Shown here piece by piece: positions 19,118 through 28,040 of a DNA stretch of 64,000 nt. Source of the stretch: Micavibrio sp. (GTDB taxonomy: Bacteria; Pseudomonadota; Alphaproteobacteria; Micavibrionales; Micavibrionaceae); NCBI GenBank assembly GCA_040381535.1, contig JBEIHF010000009.1, positions 6,389 to 70,388 of the forward strand, given 5' to 3'. Each line of letters begins with the position of its first letter. The first letter of the stretch is position 1. A model generated the notes under the pieces. The model saw nothing but the letters and a program-made list of their open reading frames with translations, was not told the DNA's origin and searched no databases. The translations under genes were made by a program, and so were the position numbers.

Positions 19118-20017
19118 CTATTCCTTGGGTGTCAGTCCGAAGAACAGAGCGGCACTCTGGCCTAAAGTTCTTCCGTCACGTTTCAGCATGATGTCGCGGA
19201 TATTGCCAAGGCTGTGGTCGGCGCCTTCCACCGCGTCTATGGTGTATGTGGCGCTAGATTCCTCGAACGCGCCTTTGGAATAGGATTGGGATTTATAATC
19301 TATGTTTGTAACGCCTTTGGTGCCGTTGCCTCCGCCGATGGGCACGTTTTTATCCAGCACGCCGTGAATGGCCAGAACGCGCTTGTGATAAGCGGGCGGG
19401 CAGCTTTGCGCATCAATGTTGAGCGGCCCTGAAATCGGAATCGCGGCCTGATACAAATCCGTCTTGCACATCAAGGTTTGAGTCATTATCGCGCCGTTGG
19501 AATGGCCCATGCCGAACACCTGTTTCTTGTCGATGCTGTATTTGGCGGCCAGATAATCGATGGCACGGGTGATATATCCAATGTCATCGACATTATTCTT
19601 GAACGGCTGGCCGCAACATCCGCCGCCCGCATTCCATGCATTGTGTCCGTTTTCGCCCAGACGCGTGGCACCCGACCCGTTCAGGTAGGCTAGGATAAAA
19701 CCGCCTTCGTCCGCCGCGTCATTCATGACTTTGCCGATGGTGCCGTGGATATGGTTGGCGTTTCCCATGCCGCCGTGCAGAACGACGACCATAGCGCGGT
19801 TTTTCTGGCGCGCGTTGGGCGCAACATGGACGAGTATTTCACGCCCTTCGAAAGAATCGAAAACCACGCTTTGCGGCTTTAGTTTCATAAGCTCTTTGGC
19901 TTGTGCGCGATGTTCGCGGGCTTCGCGAAATTTTTCGAGGCGTGTCTCCGCACAGGCAGCTAAGGGGAAGTTAAGGGCCATCAACAAAAAGACCAGCAAA
20001 ATGAACGGTGTTTTCAT
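19118..20017 (-). CDS. Secreted alpha/beta-hydrolase esterase (PHB-depolymerase/LpqC-like)
   Basis: Signal peptide MKTPFILLVFLLMALNFPLAACA, oxyanion region VVVLHGGMGN and nucleophile elbow GMGHSNGA. The stop abuts the adaptor start with no gap. Confidence 0.7.
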   Translation of the reverse strand: MKTPFILLVFLLMALNFPLAACAETRLEKFREAREHRAQAKELMKLKPQSVVFDSFEGREILVHVAPNARQKNRAMVVVLHGGMGNANHIHGTIGKVMNDAADEGGFILAYLNGSGATRLGENGHNAWNAGGGCCGQPFKNNVDDIGYITRAIDYLAAKYSIDKKQVFGMGHSNGAIMTQTLMCKTDLYQAAIPISGPLNIDAQSCPPAYHKRVLAIHGVLDKNVPIGGGNGTKGVTNIDYKSQSYSKGAFEESSATYTIDAVEGADHSLGNIRDIMLKRDGRTLGQSAALFFGLTPKE

Positions 20018-20614
20018 GCCTGCAACATACCGTGCAAAAGGGGCAAAGTCATGATTAGTTAAAGTTTTTAGATTATGTTATTATGTCATCATGAGCGGAA
20101 CAGACCCTTTATCGCCTATTCTAAACAACGCTGCCGAAGCCACAGCTGACGTGGTCCCGGCCGTTGATAAATATGTTCAAATGAGCAAAGAATATGCGGC
20201 AAGATATGCTGCCGCGTAGCGAGCAAAACCCGCCACAGATAAGGCCTCCGATACTACGCAAAGAGAGCGTGAAATCCCGCTTCCAAGCCAGCGCACTCCG
20301 CTGCGCCCCGAGGATTTTAGTACACAAGCAGAATTCGATGCGGCGAGGGCCCTGAAATATGTCCATCGGGACGTAGTGATCGAAGAAGCCCGCCGTGCGG
20401 AGCACGGCGAGCATATCCGGGAAGTTCATCACAGAAACCGCGGCTTCGAATTCGAACGCTGATTTCGTTCTTTATTTGTTCTCATAAATAGGTTATAGAG
20501 GTAGTGTGTTTTGAACACAGGGGAGGGCAAAATCCCCTGCTGCAAAAAACGCAAAACGAACTATACAAATCCTTCTTAACTCACTGAAATAAAATAATAA
20601 GAGGTTTCTCTAAT

Positions 20615-22015
20615 ATGGCCAAGGTCAAAAAGAGCTATGTCTGCCAATCCTGCGGTTCCGTCACCTCTCAATGGGGCGGCAAATGCGAGGCCTGCAACGA
20701 ATGGAATTCCATCGTGGAAGAAAAGCAGCAAGAATCCGCCCCCAAAGGTCTGGGAAACGCCAAGCGCGGCAAATCGCTGGAACTGGTCAGCCTGAAGGGC
20801 GAGAGCAACAACAATATCCCGCGCCATGTTTCGGGCATGGCGGAATTCGACCGCGTCACGGGCGGCGGTATGGTTCCGGGCTCCGCGATATTGATCGGAG
20901 GCGATCCCGGCATAGGAAAATCAACATTACTTTTACAGGTTGTTTGCAAGCTTGCGGATGCCGGTAAGACATGTCTTTACGTTTCCGGCGAGGAAGCGGT
21001 TGATCAGGTGCGCCTTAGAGCTCGACGCCTCGGTCTGGACAAAGCGCCCGTTGCCTTGGCTTCGGCCACTTCGGTGCGCGATATCGTGGCATCCATGGAA
21101 TCTGATCCGATGGATTTGATCGTCATCGATTCCATCCAGACCATGTATGTCGACACGATAGAATCCGCGCCGGGTACGGTCACGCAAGTGCGCACCTGCA
21201 CGCAAGAACTCATACGCGTCGCCAAAAAACGCGGCATCGTGATTTTGTTTGTGGGGCACGTGACCAAAGAAGGCCAGATAGCTGGCCCACGTGTCTTGGA
21301 ACATATGGTCGACGCGGTGCTTTATTTCGAAGGCGATCGTGGCCATCAATTCAGAATTCTGCGTACCGTGAAAAACCGTTTCGGACCGACCGATGAAATC
21401 GGCGTCTTTGAAATGGCCAATGAAGGTCTTGTGGAAGTGCCAAATCCGTCCGCGCTTTTCCTAGCACAACGCCAGAACAATATCGCGGGCAGTGCCGTCC
21501 TCGCTGGGTTAGAGGGCACGCGCCCCGTCTTGGTCGAAGTGCAGGCTTTGGTCGCGCAATCCACCTTGGGTACACCGCGCCGTGCTGTCATCGGGTGGGA
21601 TTCCAACCGCCTTGCCATGGTATTGGCTGTGCTCGAGGCACGCTGCGGGGTTACGCTATCGTCTTCCGATATTTTTTTAAACATAGCGGGCGGTATCCGT
21701 ATTTCCGAACCCGCCGCCGATCTGGCTGTGGCCGCCGCGCTGTTGTCTTCGCAATCCAACATACCAGTTCCGGGCAACACCGTATTTTTTGGTGAGGTCG
21801 GCCTTGCGGGGGAAATCCGTTCGGTGTCACAACCCGATGTGCGTTTGAAAGAAGCCGCCAAGCTGGGGTTCGACCGCGCCGTGATCCCTGAAAAGCTGAG
21901 CAAGAAGGGTATAGCGCCTGCGAAAATCGAGGGTTTGAAGGTCGAGGAAATCACGCATCTGGAGGATTTGGCCCGTCAATTTGCGGGGAAACAGCCCTTC
22001 AAAACCTATGGCTGA
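20615..22015 (+). CDS. radA: DNA repair protein RadA/Sms
   Basis: Zn-ribbon CQSCGSVTSQWGGKCEACNEW, Walker A GDPGIGKST, the KNRFG motif and a Lon-like C-terminal domain. Confidence 0.95.
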   Translation: MAKVKKSYVCQSCGSVTSQWGGKCEACNEWNSIVEEKQQESAPKGLGNAKRGKSLELVSLKGESNNNIPRHVSGMAEFDRVTGGGMVPGSAILIGGDPGIGKSTLLLQVVCKLADAGKTCLYVSGEEAVDQVRLRARRLGLDKAPVALASATSVRDIVASMESDPMDLIVIDSIQTMYVDTIESAPGTVTQVRTCTQELIRVAKKRGIVILFVGHVTKEGQIAGPRVLEHMVDAVLYFEGDRGHQFRILRTVKNRFGPTDEIGVFEMANEGLVEVPNPSALFLAQRQNNIAGSAVLAGLEGTRPVLVEVQALVAQSTLGTPRRAVIGWDSNRLAMVLAVLEARCGVTLSSSDIFLNIAGGIRISEPAADLAVAAALLSSQSNIPVPGNTVFFGEVGLAGEIRSVSQPDVRLKEAAKLGFDRAVIPEKLSKKGIAPAKIEGLKVEEITHLEDLARQFAGKQPFKTYG

Positions 22016-22090
22016 ATCGATGACTGATAATGGGCGGAAATCCGAAGGATTTCCTTGCATTTAACCCGCCATTTGCCTATCTATCAGGGC

Positions 22091-22801
22091 ATGATTATAG
22101 ACATCATCGTTGGCCTTGTTGTCATCTCTTCCGCCCTGATATCCTTCATGCGCGGATTCATACGCGAAGTTCTTACCATAGCAGGGGTTGTCGGCGGCAT
22201 ATTGGCCGCCGTTTTCGTAGGTCCCTCCATCGCTCCTACGGTGCGCGAATGGTTCGGCGTGGTCGAAGGCAAAGAGAGCGAGAAGCTCTTCGATATCATC
22301 CCTATGGAAATCGTGGCCGATGCCACCACTTACGGCGTCATCTTTATCGCCGTCGTGATAGTTCTATCTGTTTTGAGCCATATCATGGCGGGCGCGGCGA
22401 AGGCCGTGGGTCTCGGCCCTGTCGACCGTACGCTGGGCGTCATCTTCGGCGTTGCCCGCGCGCTGATCCTGCTGGCGCTGGTTTACATGCCGTTTCATCT
22501 GATGATGAACAAAGAACGCAAAGAAGAATTTTTCAAAGAAAGCCGTACGCATTACTTCATCGAAAAAATCTCGGCAACCATGGCGCAATATCTGCCCGAA
22601 TCCGAAGATGTCGAGAAGAAGGCAGGCGAGGCCACCGAAGACGCCGGCGATCTCATTAAGAAAAAACTCGAAGAGCAGGATTTGCTCGGCGGCGGCAAGA
22701 AAAAAGAACCTGAACCTCCCAAAGTGGAGAAAGAAGGCTACGACGAGCAAGAACGTGAAAGACTGGATAAGCTGTTCAACGAACCGGTGACCAATGATTG
22801 A
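22091..22801 (+). CDS. cvpA: CvpA family membrane protein
   Basis: MIIDIIVGLVVISSALISFMRGF is a typical CvpA N-terminus. There are 4 TM segments and the gene sits between radA and purF. The ORF opens at 22055. Confidence 0.8.
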   Translation: MIIDIIVGLVVISSALISFMRGFIREVLTIAGVVGGILAAVFVGPSIAPTVREWFGVVEGKESEKLFDIIPMEIVADATTYGVIFIAVVIVLSVLSHIMAGAAKAVGLGPVDRTLGVIFGVARALILLALVYMPFHLMMNKERKEEFFKESRTHYFIEKISATMAQYLPESEDVEKKAGEATEDAGDLIKKKLEEQDLLGGGKKKEPEPPKVEKEGYDEQERERLDKLFNEPVTND

Positions 22802-24281
22802 CGACATCACGACCCACCCCTTCGATGACGACAAACTGCATGAAGAATGCGGCGTGTTCGGCATATTCGGTCACCCCGAAAGTGCGGCTATGACCGCCCT
22901 TGGCCTCCACGCCCTGCAACACAGAGGTCAGGAAGCAGCGGGGATTGTTTCTTGGGACGGCGTTGATTTTTACACGCACAAAGCCATGGGTCTGGTGGAT
23001 GCGACGTTCTCCAAAGAAAAAGTCATCGACCGTTTGAAAGGTCACGCCGCCATCGGCCACAACCGTTATTCCACCACGGGCGAGGCTTCACTTCGCAACG
23101 TGCAGCCTATATATGCCGATCTTGCGCTGGGCGGTTTTGCTGTCGCGCACAACGGCAATCTGACCAACGCCGCCGCGATCCGCGAAGAGCTGGTAAACAA
23201 AGGCTCTTTATTCCAATCTTCTTCGGATACCGAAGTCATCGTACATTTGATGGCTGTATCGTTGAAAGAGAGCCCGATTGATAAGCTTGCCGCCGCTGCT
23301 AATGAAATTATAGGCGCGTATTCGCTCGTCGCCGTCACATCCGACATGCTGATCGGTTTGCGCGATCCGTACGGTATCCGCCCGTTGTGTCTGGGTAAAC
23401 TCGGTGGATCTTATATCCTCACATCCGAAACCTGCGCGCTTGATATTATTGGCGCAGAATTTGTGCGCGATATCGAAGCCGGCGAAATGGTCGTCATCGA
23501 TAAAAAAGGCATGCGTACCGTCTGGCCTTTCAAAACCAAACACAAACGTTTTTGTATTTTTGAATATGTGTATTTCGCCCGCCCAGATTCCTTCATGGAA
23601 GGGCATTCGGTTTATGAGATGCGCAAGAATATCGGTGCGGTTCTGGCGCGTGAAGCCCCCGTTCCTAATGCGGATGTCGTGGTGCCCGTGCCTGATTCCG
23701 GTACGCCGTCTGCTATCGGTTTTTCCCAAGCGTCGGGCGTTCCGTTTGAGCTTGGCATCATCCGTAACCATTATGTGGGCCGTACCTTTATCGAACCCAC
23801 GCAACAAATTCGTAACCTTGGCGTAAAGCTTAAACACAACGCCAACAAGCGATACCTTAAAGACAAGGTCGTCGTTTTGGTGGATGATTCCATTGTACGC
23901 GGCACAACGTCGCGTAAGATCGTCGATATGGTCCGTGCGGCAGGCGCGAAAGAAGTGCATATGCGCATTTCCTCCCCGCCGACGGCGCATAGCTGCTTCT
24001 ACGGTATCGACACGCCCGAAACGGCGGAACTGATGGCACATACCCACAGTGTTGAAGAAATCCGAAAACATATAGGCGTTGACAGTCTTTCCTATATTTC
24101 CATCGATGGTTTGTATCAGGCCGTCGGTGAGTCCAAACGCAACAACGATACACCGCAATATTGCGATGCGTGCTTCACGGGTGATTACCCTGTCGAACTT
24201 GTCGATAAAATCGCGGGCTGCGGAAGCCCTAAGAAAAAAGCCACGCTCGGTGCGAAGATGCTAGCTTCGATCGACGATTAA
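22794..24281 (+). CDS. purF: Amidophosphoribosyltransferase
   Basis: ECGVFGIFGH (N-terminal Cys nucleophile), HNRYSTTG, the PRTase motif VVLVDDSIVRGTT and C-terminal Cys residues. Confidence 0.95.
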   Translation: MIDDITTHPFDDDKLHEECGVFGIFGHPESAAMTALGLHALQHRGQEAAGIVSWDGVDFYTHKAMGLVDATFSKEKVIDRLKGHAAIGHNRYSTTGEASLRNVQPIYADLALGGFAVAHNGNLTNAAAIREELVNKGSLFQSSSDTEVIVHLMAVSLKESPIDKLAAAANEIIGAYSLVAVTSDMLIGLRDPYGIRPLCLGKLGGSYILTSETCALDIIGAEFVRDIEAGEMVVIDKKGMRTVWPFKTKHKRFCIFEYVYFARPDSFMEGHSVYEMRKNIGAVLAREAPVPNADVVVPVPDSGTPSAIGFSQASGVPFELGIIRNHYVGRTFIEPTQQIRNLGVKLKHNANKRYLKDKVVVLVDDSIVRGTTSRKIVDMVRAAGAKEVHMRISSPPTAHSCFYGIDTPETAELMAHTHSVEEIRKHIGVDSLSYISIDGLYQAVGESKRNNDTPQYCDACFTGDYPVELVDKIAGCGSPKKKATLGAKMLASIDD

Positions 24282-24670
24282 ACCTCACGTGTATTATCTG
24301 CAAACCATTGCGCAAGCTGGTCTTCGTTCCATTCACCAGAGGCCAAGGCAATGATAGCTTTGTATTTTTCCTCTTGAGAAGCAACGAGATTATACCCATT
24401 GAGCAGTAAAAAAGATCGCGCCACAACCAAAGCTGTGCGTTTATTGCCGTCCAGGAAAGGATGGTTTTTCGCGATTCCATGAGCGTAACTTGCTGCAAGA
24501 CGAGCGAAATCAACCGGGGTTTTGGAATACAGGAAAACATTTTGCGGTTTCATCAACGCGGTTTCCAAAAGGCCTTCGTCGCGCACACCCGCAACCCCGC
24601 CATGTTCGGCGAGTTGTCTGTCGTGCATGGCAAGGGCTGCTTCCTTGCTGATCCAGATGGGTTCTTTCAT
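24278..24670 (-). CDS. doc: Type II toxin, death-on-curing (Doc/Fic family)
   Basis: 130 aa with the Fic/Doc motif HPFLDGNKRTAL. It lies downstream of a small AbrB-fold gene. Its stop overlaps the purF stop (TTAA). Confidence 0.85.
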   Translation of the reverse strand: MKEPIWISKEAALAMHDRQLAEHGGVAGVRDEGLLETALMKPQNVFLYSKTPVDFARLAASYAHGIAKNHPFLDGNKRTALVVARSFLLLNGYNLVASQEEKYKAIIALASGEWNEDQLAQWFADNTREV

Positions 24671-24685
24671 AAGACGATGCTATGG

Positions 24686-24910
24686 CTATTCCGCAAGTTT
24701 TCTCAAAACGTCGCGGTCTTCGCGCATAACGGCTTCCGCGATTTCCATCGTTTTCGCGAAAACCTCGTTATACGGGGTGAGTTTGATGCCGTCCGGCGTT
24801 TCGGTAACATAGAGCTTGTCGCCTTTGGACAAACGAAGCTTGGCCAAAAGTTCTTTTGGCAGTATAACGCCTTCGGAATTACCTACTTTGGTGACGGTAA
24901 GCGTGGTCAT
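24686..24910 (-). CDS. AbrB/MazE/SpoVT-type antitoxin (Phd-like partner of Doc)
   Basis: MTTLTVTKVGNSEGVILPKELLAKLRLSKGDKLYV is a SpoVT-AbrB swapped-hairpin signature. 74 aa, lying 15 nt upstream of doc. The listed ORF starts further upstream at 24946. Confidence 0.8.
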   Translation of the reverse strand: MTTLTVTKVGNSEGVILPKELLAKLRLSKGDKLYVTETPDGIKLTPYNEVFAKTMEIAEAVMREDRDVLRKLAE

Positions 24911-24956
24911 GGCCTGTTTATCCTTTCTAGATCTACTATATAACAAAAGTTATAAC

Positions 24957-25679
24957 ATGTCCAAAGAAAAGACGCTGAACGAAAAAATCGCTTTAATTAC
25001 AGGGGCTTCGCGCGGGATCGGCGCATCTGTGGCTAAGTTGCTCGCGAAGGAAGGCGCGCATGTCATCTTGATCGCGCGCACCATCGGCGGGCTTGAGGCT
25101 GTGGACAATGAGATCAAGAAATTCGGCGGCAAGGCGACCTTGATGCCGCTTGATTTGTTCAAGCTGAACGATCTTGATATGCTCGGCCCCACGCTGCACC
25201 AGCATTTTCCCAAGCTTGATATTTTCATCGGTAACGCGGCAATGCTCGGTACCATGGCGCCGCTCGGCCATTTGAAACCCGATGAATGGCAAAAGGTGAT
25301 GGATTTGAACGTCACCGCAAATTTCCGCCTGATCAGAACGCTCGATCCGCTGTTGAAAGCCTCCGATGCGGGCCGCGTCGTGTTCGTGACGTCCGGCATC
25401 ACGCAGACTTTCAAAGCGTACTGGGGTGAATATGCGGTATCCAAGGCCGCGCTCGAAGGTCTTGCCAAAACTTACGCGTCCGAATGCGCCAACACCAATG
25501 TGCGTGTGAATATTCTGGACCCGGGGCGCGTGAGAACGGCGATGCGCGCGCAAGCCTATCCGGGGGAAGATCCTGCCATCCGCCCGCATCCCGATGATAT
25601 GGTGCATTACTTTTTAAAATTGGTTGCGAACGATTGCACCATGAATGGTGAAGTCCTTGAAGTTCCTTCCGAAAAATAA
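24957..25679 (+). CDS. SDR family oxidoreductase
   Basis: TGASRGIG cofactor motif, NAA, and the catalytic YxxxK (YAVSKAA). ATG 24957 is chosen because the 24816 extension overlaps the antitoxin gene. Confidence 0.85.
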   Translation: MSKEKTLNEKIALITGASRGIGASVAKLLAKEGAHVILIARTIGGLEAVDNEIKKFGGKATLMPLDLFKLNDLDMLGPTLHQHFPKLDIFIGNAAMLGTMAPLGHLKPDEWQKVMDLNVTANFRLIRTLDPLLKASDAGRVVFVTSGITQTFKAYWGEYAVSKAALEGLAKTYASECANTNVRVNILDPGRVRTAMRAQAYPGEDPAIRPHPDDMVHYFLKLVANDCTMNGEVLEVPSEK

Positions 25680-26570
25680 TTATTTCGTTATTAGTTTTTG
25701 CTTAAGGACAGAAATCTTTTGCCAATTCGAAATCACACACCCTGAAACAATCAGTATTGCCCCGATAGTGCTGGCTAAAGACCACTCTACATTGCCGAAC
25801 AAAGCAAGTAGCATCACGGACAAAACGGGAATCAGGTAGGATAGGGAGCTTAAGAAAGCCCTGTCGCCGTTTTTCATGGCATGGTCCCAGAAAACAAAAG
25901 AAACGCGGGTGATGCCCAAAAGAATGACGGCAAACATTCCCACGTTTTCTATGTGGAACTTATAATGCGGTTCAAAATGCGATGATAAAAGTGCGGCAAT
26001 AAAAGAAGTGATGAGTAAGAATATTCCCACACGGTCGCTTTCGAAAGCAACTATTTTTGTCAGAGATGAGTATATTGCCCAAATCAATGCGCCGCTAAAG
26101 GCCAATAATAAGCCGACAAAGTTATTAAGCGTGTAATCCTGTGTAAAGCCAAAACGCTGGAATATGAAGAAGCAGCCAACCAACCCGAACAACAAGCCCA
26201 AGATTTGCAAATGCGTGATGGAGGTTCTGTCCACTTTTGCGCTGAATACAACAAGAAACAACGGCCACATATAATTTAAAGTATTTGCTTCAAATGCGGG
26301 AGAAAGTTTCAGTCCTGCTAGCCATGTGGTAATATAGCCCGCTACACCGAAAATTCCTAAAGCATAGGCTTTGCCGGACATTCTGAATTTTTCTAGAGGG
26401 TTTTGTTTTTTTATGGCCCAGTAGGCGAGACAGAATAAAAATCCCAAAAATGATGCTATGGAAGTTAATGCCATCGGTGGAATATCGCCGGTATTCACAA
26501 CTATCAGAGCCGAGCTTGCCCAAAAAGCGATGGCACAAAAACCTGATATGTTGGGGCTGAATAATTTCAT
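25680..26570 (-). CDS. DMT (EamA-like) family transporter
   Basis: 296 aa with 10 predicted TM helices in two EamA-like halves. It is visibly more AT-rich than its neighbours. Confidence 0.75.
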   Translation of the reverse strand: MKLFSPNISGFCAIAFWASSALIVVNTGDIPPMALTSIASFLGFLFCLAYWAIKKQNPLEKFRMSGKAYALGIFGVAGYITTWLAGLKLSPAFEANTLNYMWPLFLVVFSAKVDRTSITHLQILGLLFGLVGCFFIFQRFGFTQDYTLNNFVGLLLAFSGALIWAIYSSLTKIVAFESDRVGIFLLITSFIAALLSSHFEPHYKFHIENVGMFAVILLGITRVSFVFWDHAMKNGDRAFLSSLSYLIPVLSVMLLALFGNVEWSLASTIGAILIVSGCVISNWQKISVLKQKLITK

Positions 26571-26573
26571 CTG

Positions 26574-27997
26574 TTATTCATCGAACGGGTTTTTGGAGGC
26601 GCGGACCAAAAGACGCACAGGCACGCCTTTCAAATCGAAATCGGCGCGCAAAGCGTTAACGATATAACGCTTGTACGTATCGGGCAGTTCGCCTGCGCGC
26701 GCAACCCAGAGCGCGAAGGTCGGCGGGCGTATGTTGATCTGCGTCATGTATTTCAAACGGTTTGAACGTCCACCGACGAGAGGCGCGGGGTTCTGGCTTT
26801 CGCGTGCGGCAAGCCAGCGGTTCATCTTCGATGTCGAAATGCGTTTCGTCCATGTGCCGTAGGTTTCAATCACGGCATCCATAAGCGAATCCAGATTGCG
26901 GCCGTTTAGCGCGGAAATAGTGACGACGGGCAGTTCTTTTACCTGCGCCAGTCCTGTATCGAGACTGTATTGAAGCTGGAACAGCGCCTCTTTTTTGTCT
27001 TTGACGATGTCCCATTTGTTGACGGCGATGATGAGCGCGCGTCCTTCTTGTAAAATATGATCGGCGATTTGCTGGTCCTGCTTTTCGAACATGACCTCGG
27101 CGTCTACGACCATGATGACGATCTGCGCCAAACGAATGGCGCGCATCGTGTCTTCGACCGACATTTTTTCGATCTTGTCCTGCACTTTGGCTTTTTTCCG
27201 CAGGCCTGCCGTATCGACCAGTTTGATCTTGCGGCCCTTATATTCCCAATCGATGGCGATGGCGTCGCGCGTAATGCCAGCTTCAGGCCCGACCATAACG
27301 CGGTGATCTTTGAGAAGTGAATTCACCAGCGTGGATTTGCCTGCGTTGGGGCGGCCGACGATAGCAATTTTCAAAGGCTTTTCAAGAATGTCGTTATCGG
27401 GTACCAATGCCGCGAAATCGAACGTCATATCGCCTTCGAGATCGTCGATGCGTTTGATGTCGACATATTGTTTTTCGAAATCATCTTCGATAGGCACTTC
27501 GATTTTCGGCATGTGCGGGAGCGGGCAAGGTAAAGATCATGAATGCCGTGGCCGTGCGCGGCGGAAACGGGGACGGGTTCGCCAAACCCGAGCGTGTAGG
27601 ATTCCGCCAATCCCGCCATGGCGGATTTTTCGTTCTCGCATTTGTTGACGGCCAGAACGATGGGCTTTTTTTGTTTGCGCAGCCATTGCGCGTAATGCTG
27701 GTCTACGGAAGTTAGGCCCGTCTTGCCATCGATGACGAAGATCACCGCATCGGCTCTAGAAAGCGCTTCTTCGGTCTGCTTTCTCATACGGCCTTGGATG
27801 GATTCATCGAATTTTTCTTCGAGGCCCGCCGTGTCCATCAACATCACGTCGCGGTCATAGAAAAACGCCTTTGTTTCGCGCCAGTCGCGGGTAACGCCAG
27901 GCGTATCGTCGACAATCGCGAGCTGCTTGCCCGCAATGCAGTTGAACAATGTCGATTTTCCCACGTTCGGGCGGCCCAGAATGGCGATGGTAAACAT
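26574..27997 (-). pseudogene. der: Ribosome-biogenesis GTPase Der (EngA), frame interrupted by a 1-nt shift (possible sequencing error)
   Basis: GTPase domain 1 (GRPNVGKST, DTAG, NKCE) is in ORF 27425-27997. GTPase domain 2 (GRPNAGKST, DTAG, NKWD) and the KH-like domain are in ORF 26574-27512, in the -1 frame. The two overlap at 27425-27512. Confidence 0.85.
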
Positions 27998-28040
27998 GGG
28001 GGGGTTGTAGCGGTCTGGCTCCGAATTTGCCAGTTATTTC

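Noticed and set aside
20217-20219. Idea that TAG is reassigned or generally read through (in-frame TAGs at 20217, 50379, 50503)
   Set aside because: TAG terminates several well-supported genes at the expected protein ends (xth, both MFS genes, ung, the ABC ATPase, ctaA). Pseudogenisation is the simpler explanation.
20121-20432. 103-aa minus-strand ORF, the only listed ORF in the esterase-radA gap
   Set aside because: The translation is Cys/Phe/Gly-rich and implausible. The opposite strand carries a more protein-like frame interrupted by one TAG (reported as a finding).
23208-24158. 316-aa minus-strand ORF antisense to purF
   Set aside because: purF on the plus strand is unambiguous. The antisense product is Arg/His/Phe-rich shadow sequence.
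24816-24956. N-terminal extension of the SDR ORF starting at 24816
   Set aside because: It overlaps the antitoxin gene on the other strand. The SDR family N-terminus (MSKEKT..ALITGASRGIG) begins at ATG 24957.
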